IMG/VR virus record: IMGVR_UViG_3300034200_001454
Location: 1 to 64,000 of that record
Origin: a virus
Direction: 5' to 3' (one strand)
DNA: 64,000 bases
The position numbers were made by a program, and so were the translations under genes. The notes beneath the pieces are model-generated. The model was not told the DNA's origin. It did no database searches and saw only the letters and a program-made list of their open reading frames with translations. Of this stretch, positions 7,474 to 16,994 are shown piece by piece (positions within the stretch are counted from its first letter, which is position 1; each line of letters starts with the position of its first letter).

Positions 7474-9606
7474 ATGGAAGGCGAAGCAATTGATTTAGGG
7501 CATGCCACTGCTGGTGGCATTCGCGCGGACGGCCTTCAAAACGTGCTGATTGGCATGGGCACTGGTCGGGACAAGGCGCAATACACTAAAACCACTGCCA
7601 CTGTCTTCCTTGCCCAGGAAGAACTGGAAAATCTCTATGGCGAATGGCTTCCCCGCCGCATTGTTGATATCTACGCAGACCAGGCCACGAGAAAGGGCTT
7701 TAAAGTGTTGTTTGGTGGTGATGGTGTAAGAGCCGAGGAAGTACAAGGCATTGAGCAAACGATTGAAGACCTCTACATTCTCGAACACCTCAACCTCGCA
7801 GCCAAGAACTCCCGCCTTTACGGGGGTGCTTGTCTACTTCTTTTTATTGACGATGGGCGTCCCGCTTACATGCCTGTCGATAAACGCAACATACGTCGTA
7901 TCGAAGAAATTGAATGCCTTGATCGCTGGCAAATTGCCCCAGTTATCAACGAAGAAAACTTATACGACTATTCAAAAGCCACTTATTATCAGATCATCTC
8001 TGGAGATTTAATTAACGAGCCGACGCTTTCTTATATTCACAAAGATAGGATTTTGCGGTTTGATGGTGACTGGCTGCCTTATCGCGTGAGGCAGCGTAAC
8101 TATGGCTGGGGCATGAGCAGTTTGCAAACTGTTTATGACAGTTTCCGTCATTATTGGACTGGCCTCAATTCTGCTGCCACTCTCCTCACTGAGTTTGATA
8201 TTTTTGTTCATAAAGTGAGGGGCTTGGCGGCGATGCTTGCCGCTGGCAAAGAAAGCTCCATTCGTGATCGTTTGCAAGTGAACGACATGAGCAAGAGCAT
8301 TTATCGCGGCTATGCGATTGATGCCGAAAAAGAAGAGCTTGAATTTATTAGTCGTAATTTCGGGGGCATTGGAGAAATCCTTGAAAAGCTGCGCGTAGAT
8401 ATTATTGGCGCCAGCAAAATTCCTCACACTGTGTTATTTGGTGAAAGCCCGAGCGGACTTGGTTCTACGGGGCGTAGTGAAGAGCGTGATTTCGCCAAGA
8501 TGCTTTCTGATTATCAAAGCGTCCATTTCAAGCGTCCGATGAAGAAACTGATGGAATACATCATGCTGAGCAAGGAGGGTCCAACAAAAGGAGAAATGCC
8601 CGATTCATGGCGCATCTCCTTTAATCCATTGTTTGAGCTTAATGAGCGCGAAATGGCTGACGTGCGGGCTCGTGTGGCGGCTGTAGACGGCCGTTACATC
8701 CAGTTGGGTGTACTGAGTCCCAAGGAAGTGGCAGATGCCCGTTACGGCGGTTCTGAGTGGAGCATGGAACTCATGCTCGATCCGTCCGTTGTTCGCGAGC
8801 TGCCCCAAACTGCAGGTTCCACTCAAGGTGGGGGTGGTTCCACTCAATCTGGGGGTGGAAAGCTAGCAGTGTCGCCAGGCGGTCGCGATCCAATGAACGA
8901 AGAGAATGGCACGCTTCCCATGGATGGAAGCCGGGAAGTGGAAGACAGCCGGGAAGACAGCCGGGAAGACAGCCGGGAAGACAGCGCTGGTTTATATCTT
9001 CCGCGTGACTTAGAGAAAGTTCGTGGCGACGTAACGTTCACTGACAAAGAGCTGCATTCTCGTGCCGTAAGCGCCGCTAAGGCTAAGTTCAAAGTATGGC
9101 CATCTGCTTATGCAAGTGGCTATGTTGTGCAACAGTACAAGCAAATGTACAAGAAAAAGCATGGTTCATTGAGCGGGGCTTTTAAAAGCGATGAAGGTGA
9201 GTTGCACGCCGATGATCTTGATAAATGGTTCAAGGAAAAATGGGTGAGGATTGGCGCTAACGGCGAAATTCTTGGGCCTTGCGGTGCTCGTGAAGAAAAA
9301 GAAGGCAAGCCCAAATGCCTTCCTCAGGCAAAAGCTCAAGCGATGAGCAAAGAAGAGCGTCAAACCATTGTGCGTCGTAAGCGTGCAGCAGACCCCGATC
9401 CCGAGCGGAAAGGACCAGCAAAAATGGTCAGCAGCAAAACAGACGCAATTGAGCCATTGAAAACCAGCGGGCTCATTCTTGCTGATATCGACGAGGCTTC
9501 TCTGATTGATGAAGAAGACATTTCCGCTGCATTGACTCAATGGAAAGAAGAAGCGCCCGAGCGTTTCAAGGATATTCTGGAGGCAGAGGATGTCCAGCCT
9601 CAATGA
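7474..9606 (+). CDS. portal protein (DUF1073/HI1409 type) with a long C-terminal extension
   Basis: LY...RRIVD, SRLYGGA, IHKDRILRFDG, GWGMSSLQ, IPHTVLFGESPSGL; the extension carries WPSAYASG and KWFKEKWV...PKCLP modules. Confidence 0.88.
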   Translation: MEGEAIDLGHATAGGIRADGLQNVLIGMGTGRDKAQYTKTTATVFLAQEELENLYGEWLPRRIVDIYADQATRKGFKVLFGGDGVRAEEVQGIEQTIEDLYILEHLNLAAKNSRLYGGACLLLFIDDGRPAYMPVDKRNIRRIEEIECLDRWQIAPVINEENLYDYSKATYYQIISGDLINEPTLSYIHKDRILRFDGDWLPYRVRQRNYGWGMSSLQTVYDSFRHYWTGLNSAATLLTEFDIFVHKVRGLAAMLAAGKESSIRDRLQVNDMSKSIYRGYAIDAEKEELEFISRNFGGIGEILEKLRVDIIGASKIPHTVLFGESPSGLGSTGRSEERDFAKMLSDYQSVHFKRPMKKLMEYIMLSKEGPTKGEMPDSWRISFNPLFELNEREMADVRARVAAVDGRYIQLGVLSPKEVADARYGGSEWSMELMLDPSVVRELPQTAGSTQGGGGSTQSGGGKLAVSPGGRDPMNEENGTLPMDGSREVEDSREDSREDSREDSAGLYLPRDLEKVRGDVTFTDKELHSRAVSAAKAKFKVWPSAYASGYVVQQYKQMYKKKHGSLSGAFKSDEGELHADDLDKWFKEKWVRIGANGEILGPCGAREEKEGKPKCLPQAKAQAMSKEERQTIVRRKRAADPDPERKGPAKMVSSKTDAIEPLKTSGLILADIDEASLIDEEDISAALTQWKEEAPERFKDILEAEDVQPQ
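8941..8985 (+). repeat. 12-bp tandem repeat (GAAGACAGCCGG x3.75) encoding repeated EDSR in the portal linker
   Basis: perfect tandem copies visible in the sequence. Confidence 0.95.
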
Positions 9607-10270
9607 TCTCTCTCATTTTTCTGAAGCCATTGTTCGTTTTGACGAATCATCCTGGCGTTATGACCCTATTAGTGGTCGGTATCGCGGCGCTAACGGACGT
9701 TTTCTCAGCGCTCGCGCAGTGGAAGCACTGGTGGATGGTCGAATTAATAAGCTTGGCGCTGAGCTACGGCGTTTTACACGTATGCTTAGCGCTGGTGATA
9801 TTACGCTGGACCAATGGCAAGGAAGCGTGAGGGAAGCGCTTAAGCTTGTCCACGTACAGGCAGCAATCATCGGCAATGGTGGACGAGAAACCATGCGGGC
9901 AAACGATTGGGGACGCATCGGGCAGCGTCTCCGTGTGGAATATGCTTACTTACAGGGCTTTGCTCGCGATCTTTTGGATGGCCGCGTTTCTAGTGCCATG
10001 GCTCTTGCTCGTATCGGGCTGTATGCTCAGAGCGTGCGCGCAAATTACTGGGAAGGAGTTGCGATTCGGACCGAAAAGCAAGGATATAGCTTGATGCGCC
10101 GCATTCTTGACTCTCAAGCAAAACACTGTCAAAGCTGCCTTGATTACGCTGCTCGTGGTGTTGTGGCAATTGGTAGCGTCCCGCTCCCTGGTCAACGCTG
10201 CGAATGCAGAGCAAATTGCAGGTGTAGCGTTAAATACTTTCGCCAGCAAGCACCGTCTATAATTGTGTGA
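9590..10270 (+). CDS. head morphogenesis / MuF-like minor head protein
   Basis: follows the portal; YR...GRFLS, HCQSC and C-terminal PLPGQRCECRANCRC. Confidence 0.75.
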   Translation: MSSLNDLSHFSEAIVRFDESSWRYDPISGRYRGANGRFLSARAVEALVDGRINKLGAELRRFTRMLSAGDITLDQWQGSVREALKLVHVQAAIIGNGGRETMRANDWGRIGQRLRVEYAYLQGFARDLLDGRVSSAMALARIGLYAQSVRANYWEGVAIRTEKQGYSLMRRILDSQAKHCQSCLDYAARGVVAIGSVPLPGQRCECRANCRCSVKYFRQQAPSIIV

Positions 10271-10321
10271 ACCGGCGAGTGCCACCTCCCGGTTCTCGAC
10301 CAACTCACTGGAGATGAGCTG

Positions 10322-10861
10322 ATGACTAAGTATAGGCAATTGCCGTCAATGGAGCGATTGGCGGAAGTGTTCAGAGTCGATGAAGACGGTCGTCTTTACT
10401 GGAAAGCCAAGCCGAATCCAAGTGTTAACGTTTCACGGATTAGCATCGGCCAGCAAATTACAACAACAAATAGCCAAGGATATTTAACTGTTGGCCTTGA
10501 TGGTGGCACATATCGCGTGCATCGCATTGTTTGGGCATTGATTCACAACGAAGATCCGGGGCAGTTTCAAGTAGACCACATTAATGGAGACAGAACTGAC
10601 AATCGTCCTTCAAACTTGCGTTTATGTGACAACGGCCAAAATCAGCTTAATTCAAAAATGCGTATAACCAATACCAGCGGGATCCGAGGAGTCCATCTAG
10701 TCATGTCTCCAAAAGACAGGCCATGGGCTGCATCCTACAGAAGTAAACATTTAGGCTATTTTGCGACAAAAGAAGATGCCGCAAAGGCAGTCATGGATGC
10801 CGTGGGACTATGCGACAACAAGGATTTTTATCAGACACAAGCGTTAGAAATGGTTGATTGA
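10322..10861 (+). CDS. HNH homing endonuclease with AP2-like C-terminal domain
   Basis: RVHRIVW, VDHINGDRTDNRPSNLR, NTSGIRGV, HLGYFATKEDAA. Confidence 0.92.
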   Translation: MTKYRQLPSMERLAEVFRVDEDGRLYWKAKPNPSVNVSRISIGQQITTTNSQGYLTVGLDGGTYRVHRIVWALIHNEDPGQFQVDHINGDRTDNRPSNLRLCDNGQNQLNSKMRITNTSGIRGVHLVMSPKDRPWAASYRSKHLGYFATKEDAAKAVMDAVGLCDNKDFYQTQALEMVD

Positions 10862-10862
10862 A

Positions 10863-11585
10863 ATGGACGTTTTAGTGGGAAGCACTGGCCTTATTGGACA
10901 AGTGTTGCGCGAGGCGCATGGATTTGGCGCCTGCTTCCATTCCAAAAACATTCACGAGGCTCCACTGCTTAAGGAGCCCATTGAAAGGCTGTACTTGGCT
11001 TGCATGCCAGCGGAGAAATGGAAAGCAAACGCAGCGCCGCTGGATGATTTCAACAATATGAACAGCATCATTCAAAACATCCGACATCTCCCAAGCCCAG
11101 CGGAAGTCATTGTTTATTCAACGATTGACGTGCATGGACAAACTGCCTATTATTCAGGCCGCACGCCTGAGATTTTTGCTATTGATTACGGCACTAATCG
11201 CTATATCTTTGAAATGCTTATAAAGGCGACATTCCATGATTCAGTGGTGACAATCATCCGCCTTCCTGCATTGTTTCATCGCCTTATTAAAAAGAATATT
11301 CTGTTTGACCTATTAACGAACAACAACGTGGAGAAGATTAATATCAATTCTGCTTATCAATGGTATTGCTTGGATGATTTATGGAAGGACACAAAAAAGG
11401 CAATCAGTGGTACTACTAATCAATTTTTCCCTGCTCCCATTGAAACCGCTGAAATTATTCGGCGCTTCTTCCCCGAAGCAAATGTAAGCACTGGTCCTCG
11501 TATTGAATACAACATCGGACCACATACGACAACAAGGCATGAGACGATGAAGAAGCTGGAGGCTTTTATCAATGCTTGGAATTAG
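10863..11585 (+). CDS. NAD-dependent epimerase/dehydratase-like protein
   Basis: VLVGSTGLIG Rossmann motif, STIDV, YGTNRY, IIRLPALF. Confidence 0.78.
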   Translation: MDVLVGSTGLIGQVLREAHGFGACFHSKNIHEAPLLKEPIERLYLACMPAEKWKANAAPLDDFNNMNSIIQNIRHLPSPAEVIVYSTIDVHGQTAYYSGRTPEIFAIDYGTNRYIFEMLIKATFHDSVVTIIRLPALFHRLIKKNILFDLLTNNNVEKININSAYQWYCLDDLWKDTKKAISGTTNQFFPAPIETAEIIRRFFPEANVSTGPRIEYNIGPHTTTRHETMKKLEAFINAWN

Positions 11586-12312
11586 TGCTATCGGCTGGAA
11601 GGATGAGGAAGAGGAGCAAATCTTAAGCGCAAATGCTGGGGCGTTTAACGTGCTAGAAATTATTCCTGCACGCATCTTCGCTCAAAACAAAGACTACGCC
11701 GATATCGCGAAAGAATATCGCGAAAGCTATGGGATATGGGCCTATTCGGCGCAGGCTTTATTCTTTCAAAGTAACGTGCAAAGCTTTGAAGACACTGCGG
11801 CAGTGTCTGAGCATTTATTGAAAGTGATCAGCCTTGGCTCCCTCATGGGAATCAAGCGTTTCGTGCTGGGAAGCCCCAGCTTGAGAAAGGGAAGTCCTTC
11901 CTGCTTGATGAACGTCTTGAAGCGTATGGATGCAGTATTGGACGCGAATGGAGCCATTCTTTGCATCGAGCCTGTAGCAAAATGCTACGGAGGGTCCTAT
12001 TTCTTTACAGTTAACGAGATTGTCAATCACATTGATTTCTTTAATCTCAAGAATGTTAAGACAATGCTTGATACTAATAATGCTTGGCTTCAAGGCGATA
12101 GTCCTAAAAAGCTACTGAATCATTATTGGCCGTACATTGCTCATGTGCATATTAGCGACACAGACAATGGACCACTGCTAAATAAATACGAACACAAACA
12201 AATTAAGAGAATGCTTGATGGCATTAACTATGAGGGCGCGATTGTGCGCGAGCTATTCCAGGCTAAAAAGAATATGCGTGACTATCCGCTATTCCGCAGT
12301 ATCTACGCTTGA
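11572..12312 (+). CDS. sugar-phosphate isomerase/epimerase (xylose-isomerase-like TIM barrel)
   Basis: ISAIGW, VLGSP, LCIEP...YG, MLDT and HVHISD metal motifs. Confidence 0.8.
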   Translation: MLGISAIGWKDEEEEQILSANAGAFNVLEIIPARIFAQNKDYADIAKEYRESYGIWAYSAQALFFQSNVQSFEDTAAVSEHLLKVISLGSLMGIKRFVLGSPSLRKGSPSCLMNVLKRMDAVLDANGAILCIEPVAKCYGGSYFFTVNEIVNHIDFFNLKNVKTMLDTNNAWLQGDSPKKLLNHYWPYIAHVHISDTDNGPLLNKYEHKQIKRMLDGINYEGAIVRELFQAKKNMRDYPLFRSIYA

Positions 12313-13280
12313 GACATGGCTTCTTTTGCCATCTCTTCGATGGCATAGATGCCTTGAATTTTGCCAGTGTAAAAAGACAGCAGATTATCCTGTTGCCTAA
12401 AAATGGGAGTGCGTTGAGCGCTAGCATTCTTGCATTTTGCTTTAATTGATACCACGGGAAATGCATATTTAAAATAGTCGTAAAAATCGGGCCAATAGCG
12501 CATCACGTGACCTTCAATTAAGTGGCGTCCATAATTCATTTGACCATAGTTTTTATCAAAGCAATTCATTTCTTTTTGCTCAATAATGCCAAGCTTCACG
12601 TGGCTTAACGAGAACATTGAAGATCCGTACGGATAGATAGAAAACAGTTCCCCATCAATAAAAGTTAGAGCGCCAAATGGGGGCGTTTTGATGGGACGAT
12701 AAACAAACATTGCCACTGCTTCAAAATAGTCTCCATTAAGAATTGGTAACAAGGAATTGTTTGTGCAATCAATGACGAAATCATAATCTCGCTTCAACAA
12801 GGTAAGCGATTTTTCATTGATTTTTTCCTTCCTCACGATGGGAGCCAGTAGTTCGCCAAAATACTTACCAGTGGCAGTTGGAGAAATATATTTTTCAATG
12901 GTATGCAGAAGCAGCGAAGAATAATTAAGAAAACTTGCATCGGCCTCCGCGTGTGGCCAATCTTTAAAAATAAGGCGAATCGTTTCTGCGTCCAACAAGC
13001 TTTCGTCTTCTGACACCGCATAGAAATTATTCTGCACGTTTTCCGTTAGATGGCCATAGTCCATCATGAACTGTTCAAACGTATTCCTGCACAACATGCG
13101 CGTGGCATGGTTCCTGGCATAGTGATAGCCATAGTGCAATCGGTTCTGATTGATTAATGATGCTTCGGAGATGAGCATTTCATTGCGCTCAAACAAAGTC
13201 ACATCGGCTTCGTTCATCAAGCGTGAAGCTAAATGGCACCCCGTCCAGCCACCACCAACAATTGCAATCTTGAGCGCCAT
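12303..13280 (-). CDS. FAD-dependent oxidoreductase
   Basis: IAIVGGGWTG, NQNRLHYGYHYAR, TGKI. Confidence 0.85.
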   Translation of the reverse strand: MALKIAIVGGGWTGCHLASRLMNEADVTLFERNEMLISEASLINQNRLHYGYHYARNHATRMLCRNTFEQFMMDYGHLTENVQNNFYAVSEDESLLDAETIRLIFKDWPHAEADASFLNYSSLLLHTIEKYISPTATGKYFGELLAPIVRKEKINEKSLTLLKRDYDFVIDCTNNSLLPILNGDYFEAVAMFVYRPIKTPPFGALTFIDGELFSIYPYGSSMFSLSHVKLGIIEQKEMNCFDKNYGQMNYGRHLIEGHVMRYWPDFYDYFKYAFPVVSIKAKCKNASAQRTPIFRQQDNLLSFYTGKIQGIYAIEEMAKEAMSQA

Positions 13281-13969
13281 TAAATATCAATGCAAAGTGT
13301 TGGCTGAACTCCCTGCCAATTTGACTTGGCCTTAAACAGGTCCAACTGTGGGAAGTATTCTACGCGGCGAGGCGTGCCGGTTCCATACACATCAGCATGC
13401 CCTTGATAGTTCCATTCATCAGCGCCATGCTTATCGGGGTGGTAAAGGCCAGTTGGCGAGTCCTGCAGCTTCCAGAGCATGTAGTCCTCGTTAGGCACTC
13501 CCCATTGCTTCCATGCTTGCAATGCCTGTGGCGAGCTGTCCATGTTTTTAATCGCCGTGAGGCGGTCTTTGTGGCGCATGAGATAGTCCATGCTGTAAAG
13601 GCCGATGCTCATTGATGGCGTGTGCTTCATTGCCACCTTTTCAAAAGCTTCTGGCGGCTCGTAGACGAGGCTTTTAAATGCTGGTCCCGCAATGCATGTG
13701 TCATGAAGCAGGAACCAAAACGGGCTTGTGAGATTGTGTTCGACAATTTCAATGAGGGGCGTATATTCAAATGAATTCTGAGGGGTGCAAATCATTGGCA
13801 CATCTCCATAGTGATCAATGCGCCAATTTTCTTGTCCACCATTGACAATCAAAATTTCGTTGGTGCCAATCCCAGCGCGAGTTAGGGAAGGGATGATTGT
13901 TTTAAGCGTATGGGCGGCGAACTTGTTACAGGTGCTAATGCAAAAACGCACAGAAGATGGTGGCAGCAT
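13280..13969 (-). CDS. GT-A fold glycosyltransferase-like protein
   Basis: ILIVNGG, NSFEYT, WFLLHDTC, NED; glycan-gene context. Confidence 0.6.
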   Translation of the reverse strand: MLPPSSVRFCISTCNKFAAHTLKTIIPSLTRAGIGTNEILIVNGGQENWRIDHYGDVPMICTPQNSFEYTPLIEIVEHNLTSPFWFLLHDTCIAGPAFKSLVYEPPEAFEKVAMKHTPSMSIGLYSMDYLMRHKDRLTAIKNMDSSPQALQAWKQWGVPNEDYMLWKLQDSPTGLYHPDKHGADEWNYQGHADVYGTGTPRRVEYFPQLDLFKAKSNWQGVQPTLCIDI

Positions 13970-14031
13970 GATTTTCCCCGTGTGCCGTCAGTATAGAAGC
14001 TGTTTATGATGACGAAGATTTATAGGCAGTT

Positions 14032-15255
14032 ATGGCACGTATTCTTTACTGCGGCGACGCGGCGGTGCAAACGGGGTTTGGGAGGGTAGCCGAATACTTG
14101 ATTCCGGCATTGTCGAGAGAGCACGAAGTTCATGTGATGGCAACAAACTGGCACGGAGACTCTTGTGATATGCAGCAGTATTGCAAGATGTATCCAGCCA
14201 TGGCGCATGGCCAGGATCCGTTTGGTTCTCATCGTATTTCGTCCGTTATTCAAGCCGTCAAGCCTGATCTGGTGTGGGTGACAAACGATATTTGGATTGC
14301 TATCAATTTATGGCAGCAGGCGAAGCCGCTCAAGGAGAAGATGGGCTTCAAATGGTTTGTCTACACTCCCATTGATTCTTACGGTCTATTTCCTGAGCTG
14401 AAAGCTCAAATGGAAGATTGGGACGGTCTTGCCACTTATACGCAATTCGCCGAAAAAGAACTGCGCTTGATGGGCTACGACAAGCCTATTGATATTATTG
14501 GCCATGGCACTGACTTCGAGAAATTCTTTCCGCTCGACAAACAACAATGCAGGAAAGAGCTTGGCGTGCCAGAAGACGTATTTATTGTCTTTAATGGCAA
14601 TAGGAATCAGCCACGAAAGCGTATTGACCTCACGCTCAAAGCATTTATCAAATTTGCCAAAGACAAAGACGATGCGCGTCTGTGGCTAAATATGGGCAGC
14701 AAAGACCTGGGATGGGAAGTCATTCCCTTGTTTAAGCGCATTGCTCGCGACGAAGGTTTCGATGCAACAAGCAAGCTTATCTTGACAAGCCCCCATTTCT
14801 CCGTAGACAATTGCCTCACTATTGAACAGCTCAACAAGGTGTATAACGCTGCTGACATTGGCATCAACACTTGCATTGGTGAAGGGTGGGGCCTAGTCAA
14901 TAGCGAGCATGGTTCCGTTGGTGTGGCGCAAGTTGTGCCTGACCATACGAGCTTGGCTGAGATCTTCGATGAGGTGCCTCGTATTCAATGCAATGCTTCC
15001 GAGACTGACCGCAATTATGGTCTTGAGCGTCTGCTTCCTGATCCCGAGAGTGCTGCAGAAATCTTGTCGTATTACTACGAAAACCGCAATGCCCTAAAGA
15101 AAGATGGGCAATGGTGTTACAAGCGTCTGCGCGAAGAACCGTTCACTTGGTCTTATATTCAGCAGCAGCTTCTTGACGTGGTGGAACGCACTCTTAATGT
15201 AAAACCGCCCGCTCCTGAATTTAAAGGTTTTGGCACTCCCGCAAAAATTGTTTGA
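14032..15255 (+). CDS. GT4 family glycosyltransferase
   Basis: TGFGRV, IGHGTD, NRNQPRKRID, YNAAD, GEGWGL..SE. Confidence 0.92.
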   Translation: MARILYCGDAAVQTGFGRVAEYLIPALSREHEVHVMATNWHGDSCDMQQYCKMYPAMAHGQDPFGSHRISSVIQAVKPDLVWVTNDIWIAINLWQQAKPLKEKMGFKWFVYTPIDSYGLFPELKAQMEDWDGLATYTQFAEKELRLMGYDKPIDIIGHGTDFEKFFPLDKQQCRKELGVPEDVFIVFNGNRNQPRKRIDLTLKAFIKFAKDKDDARLWLNMGSKDLGWEVIPLFKRIARDEGFDATSKLILTSPHFSVDNCLTIEQLNKVYNAADIGINTCIGEGWGLVNSEHGSVGVAQVVPDHTSLAEIFDEVPRIQCNASETDRNYGLERLLPDPESAAEILSYYYENRNALKKDGQWCYKRLREEPFTWSYIQQQLLDVVERTLNVKPPAPEFKGFGTPAKIV

Positions 15256-15257
15256 TC

Positions 15258-15974
15258 ATGCACGTCTCTCAAATCTTTCTGTCCAGTGATCCATCGGAAG
15301 AGCTTAGTCCTTTTCTGAAACATGCCACTGGCACCATTGATGCCTGCTTTCCAGATGCAAAGCATAAGATTTATAGCAACGAGGAACTACGTTCTTTCAT
15401 CGCTGATAACTATGGAGAAGAAGTGGTCTGGGCATATGACACGCTTAAGCCTTTTTCTTACAAAGCGGATCTCGGTCGATTCTGTTTGCTGAACAAGCTT
15501 GGTGGCTGGTACTTTGATATTGGCGTGAGGGCTTTTAATGCCGTGGATCTTGGACCACGAATTAAATTCTTGGCATTTCGTGATATTCAGCGCTTCAGTT
15601 ATACAAGCTGGGCATGTGCTACGACAGTGCTTTATTCCCAGCCAGATAACTCTGCATTGCAAACCGCAATTGAAATGATCGTAGCAAATTGCATTGAACA
15701 ATACTATGGCATCACTCCATTGTGCCCCACTGGTCCCACGCTGCTTGGGAAAGCTTTGGCAGCAAATGGCAGTCAAGCCGATTTTATCTATGGCGACTAC
15801 CTTGAGCTAACGCCTACACACGGCCAAAAGAATAGGGCCTTTGTGCTCCCCGATGGCACGATCATGGCGTGGAGTAAGCCTGCTGGCGGTGGCGACTTGA
15901 CTGGGCTTGGCGCCAAGGGCGTCAACAATTACAATGAGCTGTGGCAAGCCCGTAAGGTGTATGGAGATGGCTGA
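15258..15974 (+). CDS. GT32 (OCH1-like) glycosyltransferase
   Basis: YKADLGRFCLL..LGGWYFDI and PTGPTLLG. Confidence 0.85.
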   Translation: MHVSQIFLSSDPSEELSPFLKHATGTIDACFPDAKHKIYSNEELRSFIADNYGEEVVWAYDTLKPFSYKADLGRFCLLNKLGGWYFDIGVRAFNAVDLGPRIKFLAFRDIQRFSYTSWACATTVLYSQPDNSALQTAIEMIVANCIEQYYGITPLCPTGPTLLGKALAANGSQADFIYGDYLELTPTHGQKNRAFVLPDGTIMAWSKPAGGGDLTGLGAKGVNNYNELWQARKVYGDG

Positions 15975-16677
15975 CAGCACCATTTATGCGGTGTGCATCC
16001 CAGGAGAGAAGGTGCGGTACACGGCCAGGTCTCGCATTGTTCCCATCATGGGAGGAAGCTATGCGCTGAGCAAGGAAGAGCGCGAAAGTCTTCGCGCCGA
16101 AGGCTACGTTTTTGATGATGAAAATGCTGCGCTTTCTCCGTTCAACAATCGCTGGGGAGAGCTTTCTTGCGTTCATTGGATGATTAACAATGCAAAAGAG
16201 CCCAATCTTGGTAATGCGCAGTATCGACGCAATTGGCTAGAGCCGGAAGCTGAATGGTACTGCCCAGAAACTTTGTACGTACCAGAACCTGCTCAGTTTT
16301 CTTGCACGCTTGAGCAACAGTTCTATGGTGGTCATTCTGCTTTCAATGCGCCAGCAATCACTCGCAAATTAGCAGACGAGGGTAAATGGATTTTTACGCG
16401 CGAGGAGATTGATAAGATCTGGGCGCAATCTTCCTTTATTGGCTGCAATATGGCACGCGGGCCAAGGCACTCTTATTTGCGCTTGATGACAACATTGTTT
16501 GCTGGGCTTGTCCCAATTTGGCGTGAAAACAAAGAGCATTTTCTTTCCATTGAAGGCTACGACAAGCGTGCAATTGCTTTCATTGCTGAACGCTTAATTA
16601 CTGGCATGGTCTTATGTAGGGATAGAATCTTGCCGGGCGTAAAAATTGCTACGGCTCCGATAGGATTTATTAATTAA
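15961..16677 (+). CDS. DUF4422-like glycosyltransferase-associated protein
   Basis: PIMGG, DDE..LS..N..WGELS..HW, G..QYRR, CNM, RAIAFIAERL. Confidence 0.72.
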   Translation: MEMADSTIYAVCIPGEKVRYTARSRIVPIMGGSYALSKEERESLRAEGYVFDDENAALSPFNNRWGELSCVHWMINNAKEPNLGNAQYRRNWLEPEAEWYCPETLYVPEPAQFSCTLEQQFYGGHSAFNAPAITRKLADEGKWIFTREEIDKIWAQSSFIGCNMARGPRHSYLRLMTTLFAGLVPIWRENKEHFLSIEGYDKRAIAFIAERLITGMVLCRDRILPGVKIATAPIGFIN

Positions 16678-16695
16678 TTGCGCTCAAGTTTAATC

Positions 16696-16968
16696 ATGAC
16701 CACGAAAGAAAAGCAGGCAAAAGTTGCGAAAGTGATGCGTGAATTTAAAGCTGGCACCTTGAAGGGCAGCGATAAAAAGCCTGTGACAAATCGCAAGCAA
16801 GCAATTGCCATTGCTCTTTCGGAAGCTGGCATGAGCCGTCAAGGGAAGAGTGATGCCTACTGGGATAATTATTTCATGACTCTCATTGGAGAAGAGGAGG
16901 AGGAAGAAGAGGAAGAAGAAGAGGGTATGGAAGAGATGGAGGACGGCTCCTGTGGAAAAAAGCGCTAA
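16696..16968 (+). CDS. DUF6496-like small basic domain with poly-Glu tail (zero-frame product of a frameshift gene)
   Basis: KVMREFKAGTLK...NRKQAIAIALSEAG followed by a run of 11 Glu. Confidence 0.75.
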   Translation: MTTKEKQAKVAKVMREFKAGTLKGSDKKPVTNRKQAIAIALSEAGMSRQGKSDAYWDNYFMTLIGEEEEEEEEEEEGMEEMEDGSCGKKR

Positions 16969-16994
16969 GGGGTGATGCCGAAAGCTTTGCCCCT
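16938..16994 (+). promoter_or_regulatory. programmed -1 ribosomal frameshift signal
   Basis: GGAGG 16938-16942; in-frame A_AAA_AAG 16956-16962; hairpin AGGGGTGA/TTGCCCCT 16968-16994. Confidence 0.8.
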
